IMG/VR virus record: IMGVR_UViG_3300025941_000016
Coordinates: 35,987-99,986 of that record
Reading direction: 5' to 3' (one strand)
Length of the DNA: 64,000 bases
Source: a virus
Shown here: piece by piece, positions 19,491 to 29,510 of the stretch
Layout of the letters: each line of letters begins with the position of its first letter
Position numbering within the stretch: the first letter of the stretch is position 1
The notes under the pieces: generated by a model
Databases searched by the model: none
Seen by the model: only the letters and a program-made list of their open reading frames with translations
Told to the model about the DNA's origin: nothing
Position numbers and translations under genes: made by a program

Positions 19491-21106
19491 AGTGCGCTCC
19501 AGGTGAGGCGACCCAGCCGAAGCGCGCGGGCAGAAGAGGCAAGAGTTCGCAGCCGGGCCGTGTAGCCAAGCGCCGCCGACGAAGACGGAAGATTGGTCGT
19601 ATGCGTCGCGGCCAACGTCCCGTTGACCCAGAACCGGACCTGCGACACGGCGCTGTTGATCTCAATCAGCAGCTCGTACGCGGTATCCAGCACAATCGCC
19701 GACGTCGTGGTTGTGACTGTCGCCGTCGTCCCCGAGCTGGTGACCGTGCGCCAGACCGCCGTCCCGTCAACCCCGGTGTCGTATCTGAGCCATGCACCCT
19801 GCGCGGTGCTGTACGAGCCGGTCGTCGCCGGACCGGCGTTGCCCGCAATGTCGGCGGAGACGAGGCCGACCGCGAGCCGCGTCGACGTGATCGCCGAAGC
19901 GTCGGTACGAATCCGGGCGTAGACGTAGGGCGCCCACCTGGGTTGGATCACCCCGAACGGGGAAATCAGCCCGGCGTCAACCGACGAAGCCGCTGTGGTC
20001 GTGTACCGGACCAGCGGCCCTTCCGCCTGGTCGTCGGAGGTCGGCGTGATGTTGACGGTCGCGACGGTTGGTGGCGAGACCCCGTCGAGGATCAGCGTTG
20101 TATCGGCGCCCGGTGCGGCAACAGACGCGACCCGCCGGTTCACAGGGGCCAGCAGCTCATCCTCATGCCCCGCCGACACGCGCGCCCGAGGGCGGCCGTT
20201 CCGAACCCAGATGACCGAACCCTCGGCAGTGGTGAACGCCCCTTCGCCCTGATGCGACCCGTCCGGGTTGCCCGTCGGCGGGGTCGACGAGTTGCCGAGC
20301 GCGAGCACGTCCACGCCGCCGGCGGGGTCACCGGCCGCACCCCGGATACCGCCGCCAGCGGTGATGACAGATGCCCGGGTGGTGACTGTCGGCGCGGTAC
20401 CGATCGCATCGGAGGGCTGCCCCGAATACATGGTCGCTCCGCCGACCTGGCCGACGCCGAAGACCGGGGCGCCGGCATAGTCGCGGGCGAGGATCAGGTT
20501 TTTCGTCGACGATTCTCTGCCGCGTACGACCAGCCCGTCATGGGAGGCGTCGGGTAGGAGGAGATTCCAAACGCCTTCGTTGGTGGAGCCGGTGCCACCG
20601 AAGTTCCGCTGAACGGTGCCACCGGACGTGTAGCTACCAGAGCCGGTCGTCGATTGGAGAGTGAACTGGGTGGGCGCAACCTTGGTGATCGTCTTGACGC
20701 CGTTGACGCCTGTGATGCCGCCGACGTTCGCGATCGTCACCACGTCGCCCGTGCCGTAGCCATGGGATGCGCTGGTGGTGACCGTGACCGTTGTCGTACC
20801 GGTCACGTTGGAGATCGTCAGCGGCGCGTCACCGGTTTGGATCGTCCCGTCGGCGAGCAGACCCACCCGGGCCAACAGGTCTGCGGCCTGCTTGACCGCG
20901 AGCACCACCGCGGACGTGGAAGCGGCCGCGGTCTGGGTGGCTACAGCGCCGATGTCGGAGGGGGCGATCGCGTCGCCACCACCTGTGACGTGCTGATCGG
21001 CATGGGTGTTGACCCGGTTGACGATGGTCGTCAGGGCCGTGTTGAGGGTGGTGTCCCAGGCGGCCTGGTCGTGTGCTGGCAGTGTGGGGTTGATAGGTCC
21101 AGTCAC
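19487..21106 (-). CDS. Virion appendage protein with WDTxLN N-terminus and FCCH-like domain
   Basis: PTLPAHDQAAWDTTLNTAL...THADQH; FCCH-like VTTSASHGYGTGDVVTIANVGG; lectin-like C-terminus. Confidence 0.7.
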   Translation of the reverse strand: MTGPINPTLPAHDQAAWDTTLNTALTTIVNRVNTHADQHVTGGGDAIAPSDIGAVATQTAAASTSAVVLAVKQAADLLARVGLLADGTIQTGDAPLTISNVTGTTTVTVTTSASHGYGTGDVVTIANVGGITGVNGVKTITKVAPTQFTLQSTTGSGSYTSGGTVQRNFGGTGSTNEGVWNLLLPDASHDGLVVRGRESSTKNLILARDYAGAPVFGVGQVGGATMYSGQPSDAIGTAPTVTTRASVITAGGGIRGAAGDPAGGVDVLALGNSSTPPTGNPDGSHQGEGAFTTAEGSVIWVRNGRPRARVSAGHEDELLAPVNRRVASVAAPGADTTLILDGVSPPTVATVNITPTSDDQAEGPLVRYTTTAASSVDAGLISPFGVIQPRWAPYVYARIRTDASAITSTRLAVGLVSADIAGNAGPATTGSYSTAQGAWLRYDTGVDGTAVWRTVTSSGTTATVTTTTSAIVLDTAYELLIEINSAVSQVRFWVNGTLAATHTTNLPSSSAALGYTARLRTLASSARALRLGRLTWSAL

Positions 21107-21159
21107 GGGGGCTCGTCACCCCCGTGACTCGACTAGATCAAGTTATGAAGCCTCAGGCC

Positions 21160-22401
21160 TCAAACGACATGGCCCCGGGCAGCCATCGCCGCAGCAACAC
21201 GCTGGCCGGCACCCTTCGGCGGTTGGTCTTCGTCCAGAAGTTCTGGCACATAGAAGGCGATGATCTCAGCGGCGTAGGTGACCAGGTCCGACACGCGAAA
21301 CTCCGAGGCCCAGTCGGGCGCCTCAGGTCGGACACCTTCGATCGGATCGAACGCCCAGCCTTCTTGACGGTCGTATCTGATGTGGCACTTTTGGCAGAGC
21401 AAAAGCAGGTTCGCCGGATTGTGGATCATCGACTCCGACCAGCCCATAGCCAGCCCGACATCGAACGGGATGACGTGCGCTACGGCGTGCTGCTTGCCCG
21501 CCTCCGGTATGCCGCACGACCGGCAAAGTCCGCGGTCGCGCTCACGGACAACCTTGCGAGCCGCCTGCCACGTCTTGCCGTAGTAGTTACGGTGCGGCTT
21601 TCGACCCTTGGTGCGACAGTCGGAGCAGATCACGTAGATGTTCGAGTGGAGCCGCTCGACAGGCTTGTGGCACAGCCGACAGTTCCGCGTATGACGTGGG
21701 AGCGGGACGCGTCCAGGAGGACCGATAGGTCCCGTCACCACACTCCCGGTGAGCCACCGCATGTAGTGGGCAGCGCAGAGACCTCGCGCCTGCACGGGTT
21801 CGGGACAGTCGCCGTCCGTGCAGCGATCCGGTCGCGCATTGCGGACGTTGAGAGGTCCTCCGCGAATGCCCTTTAGCCGGAGCCGCTCGGCATGACCCGA
21901 GCAAAGATCGCTGGACTGCTTCCTCGACCGCCCACAGTCCTCGATAGCGCAGAACGGACCGAGGTCTGTTAGCCGACGCTGTCGTGTAGGCGCGTCAGGA
22001 CGCTCGTCGACGGGCCGAAGCCGTCGTGTGACCGCGTTCGGGTCGCCGTGCTTGTGCCACCGGCCGTAATGAGTACCGCAAAGCCCTCGGGCCCATGCTG
22101 GGAAGGGGCAATCCTTCTGCGAGCAAGACTTCGGCGCGGCTTTGGGAGGCTTGCCGGCCGGACCAGGATCGCCGGTCTTCTTCCAGCGCTTGTAGTGCTT
22201 GACGCACCATCCACGCGCCACGCGGTCACTTGTGCAACCTGGGACCGTGCACTCGCGGTCCGCGGCTGGGTCGCGGTAACGGAGATCTCGCGGGACGCCG
22301 GGGTCGATGCCCCGCCGGGCGCGATCGTAGTGCCGTTGACACCAACCCCGCGCATAGTGAGGCCGCCCGCATTCGTCCTCTGAGCAGGTACTCTGACCCA
22401 C
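21160..22401 (-). CDS. HNH endonuclease with five tandem Cys3His repeats
   Basis: GTG at 22401 after GGAGGTG. Repeats Cx4C...ARGxCxxHYxR, then VRERDRGLCRSCG...HVIP...HNPANLLLLCQKCH. Confidence 0.85.
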   Translation of the reverse strand: MGQSTCSEDECGRPHYARGWCQRHYDRARRGIDPGVPRDLRYRDPAADRECTVPGCTSDRVARGWCVKHYKRWKKTGDPGPAGKPPKAAPKSCSQKDCPFPAWARGLCGTHYGRWHKHGDPNAVTRRLRPVDERPDAPTRQRRLTDLGPFCAIEDCGRSRKQSSDLCSGHAERLRLKGIRGGPLNVRNARPDRCTDGDCPEPVQARGLCAAHYMRWLTGSVVTGPIGPPGRVPLPRHTRNCRLCHKPVERLHSNIYVICSDCRTKGRKPHRNYYGKTWQAARKVVRERDRGLCRSCGIPEAGKQHAVAHVIPFDVGLAMGWSESMIHNPANLLLLCQKCHIRYDRQEGWAFDPIEGVRPEAPDWASEFRVSDLVTYAAEIIAFYVPELLDEDQPPKGAGQRVAAAMAARGHVV

Positions 22402-22541
22402 GTCGGGCCACCTCCGAGATAGGTGTTTCCGGCACGCGGGCGGAGAGCTGTAACTCTTCGCCCGCACCTAGTCTAAAGGACAGACCGCCTTCCGAGATAA
22501 CCGGCCGAACAACTGTTCAGCCTCTGGGTTCAAAGACGAAA

Positions 22542-23108
22542 TCAGCTCAGACTAATTGACACTTGTAGCTGCCAACTCGCGGCTGACGTCTTGGTGCCGA
22601 GAGCCACGACCTTCCTATTCAGGATTCGTCCAGTGCCGCCCGTAGTCGAGTTCCCGACGATCCACTCGCTCCATTGGTAGTTCGCGTCGGAGGTCCCGAA
22701 CGTGGCCGTGAAGGTGACGGTCGCCGATCCGGACGAGGTCCCATCGGTGTGCGATACGGTAGCGGACTTGCGGGTCTTGTTGGACGATGCCTGAAGGTCG
22801 GTTTGAGTGGCGGCTTCCGCCGTCGAACTGTCCCCAACGCCGAGCGCCGCGTTCGCCGACGAGAAATACGTCAGGTTCTGCCCGCTGGAGCTGGTCCCGT
22901 TTCCGATCAGGCACTCCCAGATACAGCTCGCCCCGCCGTACATCAGCAAGTTGCCCGCACCCTCAACCACCTCGTACGGCTCTACGGACAGGTCGTCACC
23001 CCACCGCTTCGTCACCGTCCACGTGCAGCGCCACCGGGCCGGTTCGTGGTCGGCCACGGCCGCACCCACATGGGCAGTGTCGACCGCTTGGGACATGTCG
23101 TCTCGCAT
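22542..23108 (-). CDS. Virion structural protein (fibre base/adaptor-like)
   Basis: Motifs GNLLMYGG, LGVGDSSTAEAATQTDL, FGTSDANYQWSEW and LNRKV, typical of phage fibre-associated proteins. Confidence 0.65.
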   Translation of the reverse strand: MRDDMSQAVDTAHVGAAVADHEPARWRCTWTVTKRWGDDLSVEPYEVVEGAGNLLMYGGASCIWECLIGNGTSSSGQNLTYFSSANAALGVGDSSTAEAATQTDLQASSNKTRKSATVSHTDGTSSGSATVTFTATFGTSDANYQWSEWIVGNSTTGGTGRILNRKVVALGTKTSAASWQLQVSISLS

Positions 23109-23189
23109 AGTGAAGCCCTCTCTGCGGGCACATATGAAAAAGGCCCGCACATGGCGGGCAGAGGAAAACGGGCTAAGGTCCGACCGACC

Positions 23190-24671
23190 TCACGGCTCCA
23201 CGTAGTCGGTCAGCGTTCCGGGTGCGAGGGCGGCGAGCGCAACATTGAAGATCTCACCGGCGCCCACCGGATCGGTGAGGATCACATTCAATGCGGCCTG
23301 CGCAGATGACGACGGCGCCGTACCCGTCAGGATTACCTTCGTCCAGACTCCCGTCCCGGTGGACACAGTCGATCCCGAGCCGGACGACAGATAGTTGGCC
23401 CCGGAGTCAAACCAGCTGATACCGGCCTGCGCAGTCCGAGCTGTCCCGGCTGCGCGGATGTAATACACGCCCGTCCACGTCTGACCGGGGGCGATGCCCG
23501 ATGTCACCAGAGGGTTGATGTAGATCTCGGATATACCGCTCGTCGTCGTGACGATCTTCAATGAGGAGGTTCGTCCGATCGGCGCAACCGTGTCTCGGGT
23601 GATCGTCGCATTGAGAAGCGATGACCATTCCAACGCGTTGATGGTCGCATTTGCCTGGTTCGGCGTCAGCCGATTACCCACAACCGTCGTCGGATTCGCA
23701 CAGTCTACCCACGCGCTGCCAGTCGATATCGTCGCTTTACTGCTCGTCGTGTCATACCACGTCGCCCCGGGCCGGCTCGCCGACGGTGGACGTGCATAGA
23801 TCGCGCCCGCGCCAACCTGGCGCGCCTCCACGCTGCGTGGCACCACGATGTGGGGTGCCTGCGGAGCCCGGGAGGACGGTGCGGCGGAATCCGCCCAGAT
23901 CTCCGTCCAGCCGGCGATAGCGTCGCCGCTTACCTGGGTGAACATCTCCCAGAACGGATGAGTCGCGGCGATGCTGCCGATCAGCGGGTCCGAGACGACT
24001 GCTGTACTACCATCCGGCAGGAACAGGTAGGCGGTGCTGGTGGCCCGGTCGATCTCGATGTCGACCGTGTAGACGGTTGACCCGTCGGTGGCCAGCGGTG
24101 TTGAGAAGTAGACGCTGCTGGATAGTCGGCCTTTGGGAATCAGGTCAGTGAAGACGCCGCCCGACCAGACGCCGAACTGCCAGTAGGCCGAGCTGATCGC
24201 CAAGTGTGCTGACGACGAGTTCGGGATTCCCGATGTGCTCGACCAGGCGCCCAGCGCAGGGCCACCACTCGACGAGGCCGTTGATGACAGCACAAATCGG
24301 CCGCCGACACGCAGGACAGGTGATGCCAGCGAGAGCAGCGCATAGCCGGCGCTGCTCGTCGGCGCGCCCAGTGGCAGGGTCAGCAGGCCGCCGCGGATCG
24401 TCGGAGTAGCACCGGTCGTTCCCTGCAAGTTCCAGGTGTGGCCCGAATCCGTCGCTGTCGGCGTGCCGTTGGAGCGCGCTGAACAAAGGTCATAGGCGGT
24501 CGGATTGGCTGGCTGTGCGCCGATCGCTGCCGGGCTGATCGCGTCTGCTCCGCCTGCCGCGTGCTGGTCGGCATGCGTGTTCACACGACTGACGACCTGG
24601 CCGAGGCCGGTGTTCAGATCCGTGTCCCAGCCGATCTCGCCATGTGTCGGCCACGTCGGGTTGAGCGGCAT
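23190..24671 (-). CDS. Virion appendage protein with WDTxLN N-terminus and C-terminal CBM-like domain
   Basis: ATG at 24671. PTWPTHGEIGWDTDLNTGL...THADQH; C-terminal PGQTWTG...ISWFDSG...WTKVILTGTAP. Confidence 0.7.
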   Translation of the reverse strand: MPLNPTWPTHGEIGWDTDLNTGLGQVVSRVNTHADQHAAGGADAISPAAIGAQPANPTAYDLCSARSNGTPTATDSGHTWNLQGTTGATPTIRGGLLTLPLGAPTSSAGYALLSLASPVLRVGGRFVLSSTASSSGGPALGAWSSTSGIPNSSSAHLAISSAYWQFGVWSGGVFTDLIPKGRLSSSVYFSTPLATDGSTVYTVDIEIDRATSTAYLFLPDGSTAVVSDPLIGSIAATHPFWEMFTQVSGDAIAGWTEIWADSAAPSSRAPQAPHIVVPRSVEARQVGAGAIYARPPSASRPGATWYDTTSSKATISTGSAWVDCANPTTVVGNRLTPNQANATINALEWSSLLNATITRDTVAPIGRTSSLKIVTTTSGISEIYINPLVTSGIAPGQTWTGVYYIRAAGTARTAQAGISWFDSGANYLSSGSGSTVSTGTGVWTKVILTGTAPSSSAQAALNVILTDPVGAGEIFNVALAALAPGTLTDYVEP

Positions 24672-24682
24672 GGCGGCCTCTT

Positions 24683-24985
24683 TCAGTTCGCGTACAGGCT
24701 CACCGTCGCCGTACCGGCACAGCTCACCGTGACGGCGACAGGTGGAAGGGTGATCTGGCCGGACCGGGGAAGGATCAGCCCGACCCAGCTGGCGTCGCCG
24801 AAGACGACCACCGGGTCCGGGCCGATGTTGAGCAACAGCCATCGCCGGGCAGCCCGGATCTGAACTGGTGCTGTGACGGCCAGTTGGCCGGTGACCGGCC
24901 CGAGCCCGGCGGGAAGGACCGCGCCGATTGGCGCAGGACCGCCGTAGGGGGTGAGACCGTAGGGGCCGTCACCGTAGCCGGCCAT
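24683..24985 (-). CDS. Small beta-sandwich protein with N-terminal YG motif
   Basis: Begins MAGYGDGPYGLTPYGG; related to 29166..29507. Confidence 0.65.
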   Translation of the reverse strand: MAGYGDGPYGLTPYGGPAPIGAVLPAGLGPVTGQLAVTAPVQIRAARRWLLLNIGPDPVVVFGDASWVGLILPRSGQITLPPVAVTVSCAGTATVSLYAN

Positions 24986-24988
24986 GGG

Positions 24989-25282
24989 CTACCCGATTTC
25001 GGCGACGATCAGATCGGTGTCCGGGTCGACCTCGAACGAGCGGTCGCCGTAGGCGAAACTCGTGTAACCCGAATGGGGGACGAACGCGGAGATCGACTGG
25101 CCGGGCTGCGGGTCGTCTGGGTCGAACGGCGGCGGCTCGACCGGGGTCGAGGCGATCTCGGGCACGGCGGCCGGTTCGGGCTCGGGCGGCGGCAGGGTTT
25201 CCGGTGGGACGTCGACAACCGGAGGTACCACCCTGACCGGCGGCTGGGCTGGCGGTCGGGGTCTACGTGGCTGCTGGGGCAT
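24989..25282 (-). CDS. Pro-rich hypothetical protein
   Basis: ATG at 25282 after GAGG; fits the operon packing. Confidence 0.5.
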   Translation of the reverse strand: MPQQPRRPRPPAQPPVRVVPPVVDVPPETLPPPEPEPAAVPEIASTPVEPPPFDPDDPQPGQSISAFVPHSGYTSFAYGDRSFEVDPDTDLIVAEIG

Positions 25283-25541
25283 CCTCAGCCACCTCCTGCC
25301 GTGCGTTGTACCGGCCGCAGCGGCTGCAACGCCGAAAAAGGCTCTTGAAGCCACACGGGCAGGGGAAGCCAGCCGACCTGGTCACCCCACCCAGATCCGC
25401 CGGGAAGGCGCCTTCGGCTTTGAGCATGCGGATGTGCCGCGGGTTGTCGACGTCGACGATCCGGCCGTCGTAGCGAGTCTTGCCCCGCTCGGTGTTGACG
25501 TCGATTCCCAGGCACGCCCCGTCTGGCATGGCGAGTCTCAT
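25263..25541 (-). CDS. Small Zn-ribbon protein
   Basis: MRLAMPDG...CPCGFKSLFRRCSRCG; start overlaps the upstream stop (TGATG). Confidence 0.65.
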   Translation of the reverse strand: MRLAMPDGACLGIDVNTERGKTRYDGRIVDVDNPRHIRMLKAEGAFPADLGGVTRSAGFPCPCGFKSLFRRCSRCGRYNARQEVAEDAPAAT

Positions 25542-26404
25542 CAGGTGATGATCACCAGGGGAATGGTGCCGACCGTGGTCGGGGTGGCGATCGTCGACGG
25601 GGCGGTCGCCGTCAGGCTGGAGCCCGACGTCTGCGCCAGGACCTTGTTCCCGGTGATGACCGCGGCGGCCGGTCCTGCCCCTGCCCGGCCAACACCAGCC
25701 AGCGTCGGCGGGGTCGTCGCCTTCACCATGATGGCCGCGTAGTAGATACCCGAGGTGGTGATGGTCTGCGGTGCGGACAGCGCGAGCGTCAGCGCGGTCT
25801 CCGCCGCCCAGGCCGTCGACGTCTGGTCCGCGGTCTGGGCCATCAGCGCTGGAGTCGCCGCGTTGGAGTACAGAGCGAACCAATAGTTGGTTGGCGTACC
25901 AGCCGCGGTTGCGCCAGAGGTGAATGTCAGGTTGGTGACGACAGTTCCGGCCTGCAAGAAGACCGCCGTCGACAACATCACCTGTGTGGTCAGCGCGGCC
26001 AGGTTGGTGCCGGCGATCATGCGGGACATGTTCTCGACGTACACGCCCGTCGGGCTGCCATTGAGCGTGTAATTGGCCTGGCCCGAGTAGGCCGACGGGA
26101 TGCCGCCCGACGAGTTGAGCGGCGCGGAAACGGGGAAGAACTGGCCGATCGACACGTTCGATTCGATCAGCGTCGACCCGCTGTAGATGTCGACGGTCTG
26201 CACACCGTTGGTCGCCCACTCGGCGAAGCCGTTGCTGTCGGTCGTGAACTGGCCAGACGAGCTGAGCACCGTGGCAAGCGTCGGGTCCGTGTACAGGGTG
26301 ACAGTCGTCGACGTTCCCGGCAGCTTCGCCGTGAGCGTCGTGCTGCGGATCGGGTTGACGCCGTCCGGCGCAACAACACGGCCGAACTGGAAGACGGTGG
26401 CCAT
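25541..26404 (-). CDS. Virion structural protein with a particle-binding-like N-domain
   Basis: VTLYTDPTLA...FTTDSNGFAEW resembles tailspike particle-binding domains; preceded by AAGGAG. Confidence 0.6.
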   Translation of the reverse strand: MATVFQFGRVVAPDGVNPIRSTTLTAKLPGTSTTVTLYTDPTLATVLSSSGQFTTDSNGFAEWATNGVQTVDIYSGSTLIESNVSIGQFFPVSAPLNSSGGIPSAYSGQANYTLNGSPTGVYVENMSRMIAGTNLAALTTQVMLSTAVFLQAGTVVTNLTFTSGATAAGTPTNYWFALYSNAATPALMAQTADQTSTAWAAETALTLALSAPQTITTSGIYYAAIMVKATTPPTLAGVGRAGAGPAAAVITGNKVLAQTSGSSLTATAPSTIATPTTVGTIPLVIIT

Positions 26405-26478
26405 TGATCAGGCTCCTTGCGGGCATGCGAAAGGACCCCACACGGGCGGGGTTGACAGGACAATCGGCGTGAAGGGCG

Positions 26479-28419
26479 CTAGGCGGGGATGCCCCACGCT
26501 TCCCGAGTGCGGATTGTGAACGTTTTCGTCAGGGTGATCTGCGCGGTCGGGGTCGCGTCATAGCCGGAGAACGCGAAGGTGATGGTGCTCCCGCTATCGG
26601 TGACGTCCATCCATCCCCACTGGTTCGCCGAGCTACCCAGCGACGCCGGATAGGAGCCCTGCGAGTAGGGCCCCCCTTTGAGGCTGGTTGTCTGCGAGAA
26701 CGGCGCTGCCTGGCACACCGGGATACCGCCGGCCGAATTGGTTCCATCGTCGGCGGCAAGACAATGTGTGTCGCCGGAAAGAATGATGACGTTCAACCGG
26801 CTGGCGGTGATGTAGCTGACCAGTTCCTGGCGCTCGGTGTCGAAACCGGACCAGTTATCTTCGCCTGCCGTGGTGGCGCCGACCCAAGGCACCTCGTTGA
26901 CCCAGACCTTGACCGGCTCGGAGCGCGCCAATTCCCGTTTGAACCACAGCTTCTGTGCCGAGCCCATCATCGACTTTGATGAGTTGTCGGTCACCGAGTC
27001 GTCCGACCGGTAGGACCGCAGGTCGGTCACGATGTAACGGACCCGCCCGACGGTGTAGGCATGGTAGACGCCGGCATTGTCCGCGGCGGGCAGCGTGTAG
27101 GACGGCACGTAGTCGCGGAACGCGGTCTGGGCTCCGGACTGGCTGACTCCGCCGAGGCTGCCGGCGTGGTTGTTGCCGCCCACCGAGTCGTGGTCCGACC
27201 AGATGTAGTCGGTGGGAACCTCGCGCAGGAGCTGCGCGACGTTGCTGTGGGACAGCACCGTGTCCCACGAGGTGCGGAAATCGGATGCCAGATTGCTGGT
27301 GATGTTGTCGTAGTGGATGTCGCCGATGTGCTGGAAGAACAGCGGCGCACCATAGCTGCCGGTGTGGGTTCGCATCGTGGAGAACACGGTCGAGTTCGAC
27401 CCGCTCACCGCGCACGAGCCGAACAGGAACGAGTACGACGCCGCGACCCCTGCGACCGGAAAGGTTTTGACCTTGCCCTGCCGGGCCGTGTCCAGCACCG
27501 AGTCGACCTCGACGGCCCAGTAGTACTGGGTGTTCGCCGACAGGCCGGTGATGGCCAGCTTTGCGAGGCCGTTGCTGTCCGGCGTGGCGCTCGACGAGTA
27601 GACCACACCCGTCGTGATACCCGAGTTGGTGCCGACCTTCAGGCGGATCGACGACGCGCCCGCGCATTTCGTCGCCACCACGGCCGATGTCGCGTCGACC
27701 GCGCCGACCCAGGCGGACGTGAGCGTGCCTGGCGTGACCGACGACGTGGTCTTATAGGCGACGACGGCGCACACATTCTCAAATGCGCTGGACAGCGTGC
27801 CCGAGTACGTGCCGTCACCGCTGGCCGATGCGACCGTGTTCTCGGCGGCGGCAAGACAGCGCACCGAAGATCCGACCGCGGAGATGCTGGTCAGATCGGT
27901 GAACGAGTTGCCGGAGGTAAGAGTGGCCGTGTTGGCGCTCGTTCCGCCATAGCCGATCGCGGCGACGACGATTTCATTGGTTGCTCCGGTCGTGACCGCT
28001 GCGGAGGCGACTGAGGTGACGGCGGTGTTGTTCGTGCCGACCGCGCTGGCGTCCTTCCAGCTGGCCGACGCGAGGTTGTCGTACTCGTACAGCAGGATGT
28101 TGTGGTAGGTGTTCGCCGAGCCGCTGTAGGTGATGGTGATCGTGTCGCCAGCGACGATCGCCGTACCGATGCGGCACGACCAGATCGCGACCGCGTTGCC
28201 GATCGTCCCGCCAGAGGGCTGCGGCCGGTTCGCGTCCGACTGCCAGGTGTTGCTTTTCGAGTCGACAACGCTGTTGAGCGCCGCCGATGTGCCACCGGAC
28301 CATTCGGTGAGCAATACGAGGGTGCGGCCGGCGACCGTGTCGTTTCCCGCGCCGATGGTGACGGTCTGGGTGGTGCCGCTTGTCGCGCTGGACTGAGAGG
28401 CGATCAGGCGCCGGGTCAT
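26479..28419 (-). CDS. phoD: PhoD-family phosphatase/phosphodiesterase fused to an N-terminal virion-type domain
   Basis: Metal-ligand motifs FGSC, GDIHYD, WSDHD, DLRSYRS, GSAQKLW, DNW, SGDTH. No Tat or Sec signal peptide. Confidence 0.88.
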   Translation of the reverse strand: MTRRLIASQSSATSGTTQTVTIGAGNDTVAGRTLVLLTEWSGGTSAALNSVVDSKSNTWQSDANRPQPSGGTIGNAVAIWSCRIGTAIVAGDTITITYSGSANTYHNILLYEYDNLASASWKDASAVGTNNTAVTSVASAAVTTGATNEIVVAAIGYGGTSANTATLTSGNSFTDLTSISAVGSSVRCLAAAENTVASASGDGTYSGTLSSAFENVCAVVAYKTTSSVTPGTLTSAWVGAVDATSAVVATKCAGASSIRLKVGTNSGITTGVVYSSSATPDSNGLAKLAITGLSANTQYYWAVEVDSVLDTARQGKVKTFPVAGVAASYSFLFGSCAVSGSNSTVFSTMRTHTGSYGAPLFFQHIGDIHYDNITSNLASDFRTSWDTVLSHSNVAQLLREVPTDYIWSDHDSVGGNNHAGSLGGVSQSGAQTAFRDYVPSYTLPAADNAGVYHAYTVGRVRYIVTDLRSYRSDDSVTDNSSKSMMGSAQKLWFKRELARSEPVKVWVNEVPWVGATTAGEDNWSGFDTERQELVSYITASRLNVIILSGDTHCLAADDGTNSAGGIPVCQAAPFSQTTSLKGGPYSQGSYPASLGSSANQWGWMDVTDSGSTITFAFSGYDATPTAQITLTKTFTIRTREAWGIPA

Positions 28420-29105
28420 GTGGTGGCCCGGGTCAGCAGGATCTGTACGGTCAGGTTCGCGGCGATCGCGTTCGAGTCGGTCTGGAGGCAGTCGACGGTG
28501 AGGTAGTCGCCGCTGGTCAGCGACGTGGTATCGGGGGCGCCGGACAGGGCGGTGTTCGCCGAGGTCGCGATGGTCGGCCGGTTCGCAGTGGTCGTCGCAA
28601 AAATGGAGGTCCCGTTTTTCTTCACATCGCAGATCACGCTGCTACCGGTGGGTGCGGTCCCCACCGAGGCCCGCACACCGGTAATCGTCCAAGCAGCATC
28701 CGCATAGATGCGCGAGGCACCGGTAAACGTCGCCAGCGTCCCCTCGCGGGCGAACGTCACCTGAAAGGGAACCGTATGAGTGTGGTTGCCTGCGGCGACA
28801 GTGCTCCCCGTCGACCCGAAGCTGACAGACAACGTCCGATCGGCCGACAGATCGCCGCCGCCAGACAGCCCCGTGCCAGCAGAAACCTGCCGGGAGGTGG
28901 CAACCAGGCCTGTCGTCGGATGCACATGGTTCACGGCTGCGGCAGGGCCGGTCTGAGTGCCGGCAGACGCCGAGCCCAACGCCTGCGGGGTGGCGGTGCC
29001 GACCGTCGCGTTGATCGCATTGCCGAAGGTGTCCAACACCGCGTTGAGTGTGGTGTCCCACGGGTTTTGTCCGGCAGTCGGATCAGTCCAGGAGATGTTC
29101 GGCAC
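28416..29105 (-). CDS. Virion appendage protein with WDTxLN N-terminus
   Basis: GTG at 29105 after GGAGG. WTDPTAGQNPWDTTLNAVL; fibre-like AGTGLSGGGDLSADRTLSV; C-terminal TITGVRASVGTAPTG domain. Confidence 0.7.
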   Translation of the reverse strand: MPNISWTDPTAGQNPWDTTLNAVLDTFGNAINATVGTATPQALGSASAGTQTGPAAAVNHVHPTTGLVATSRQVSAGTGLSGGGDLSADRTLSVSFGSTGSTVAAGNHTHTVPFQVTFAREGTLATFTGASRIYADAAWTITGVRASVGTAPTGSSVICDVKKNGTSIFATTTANRPTIATSANTALSGAPDTTSLTSGDYLTVDCLQTDSNAIAANLTVQILLTRATT

Positions 29106-29165
29106 GGCCGGCCTCCGGGCATCGCAAACAGCCCACACACGGCGGGCGGGAAGAGGGATGTGACG

Positions 29166-29507
29166 TCAGCGGCCGGCGTAGGCGTAGGACACCGGTGCTG
29201 TTCCAAACGCGGTGGAAACGACGAACCGGCCCGGTGGCAGTTCGACCACAACGGCCTTGTTCGGCGGCAGGGCGAAGGGTCCCGACGATGGACCGGTGAC
29301 AGTCACTGACGCGGCGCCAGTGTTCATGAGGGTCAACAGTCCGGCCCGCCCGGCGGCCGGTGGAATCAGCTCGGCCGGCAGGACCACACCGGACGTGGTC
29401 GCTGTTACCGCACCGGTCACAAACCCTTGAAAACTGTCGACGGGGGTTGCCGTCTGGGTGCCGCCGAACGCTGTTTGGCCGTAGGGCCCCTGCCCGTAGC
29501 TGGCCAC
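29166..29507 (-). CDS. Small beta-sandwich protein with N-terminal YG motif
   Basis: Begins MASYGQGPYGQTAFGG; tandem paralog of 29511..29789. Confidence 0.7.
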   Translation of the reverse strand: MASYGQGPYGQTAFGGTQTATPVDSFQGFVTGAVTATTSGVVLPAELIPPAAGRAGLLTLMNTGAASVTVTGPSSGPFALPPNKAVVVELPPGRFVVSTAFGTAPVSYAYAGR

Positions 29508-29510
29508 CGG

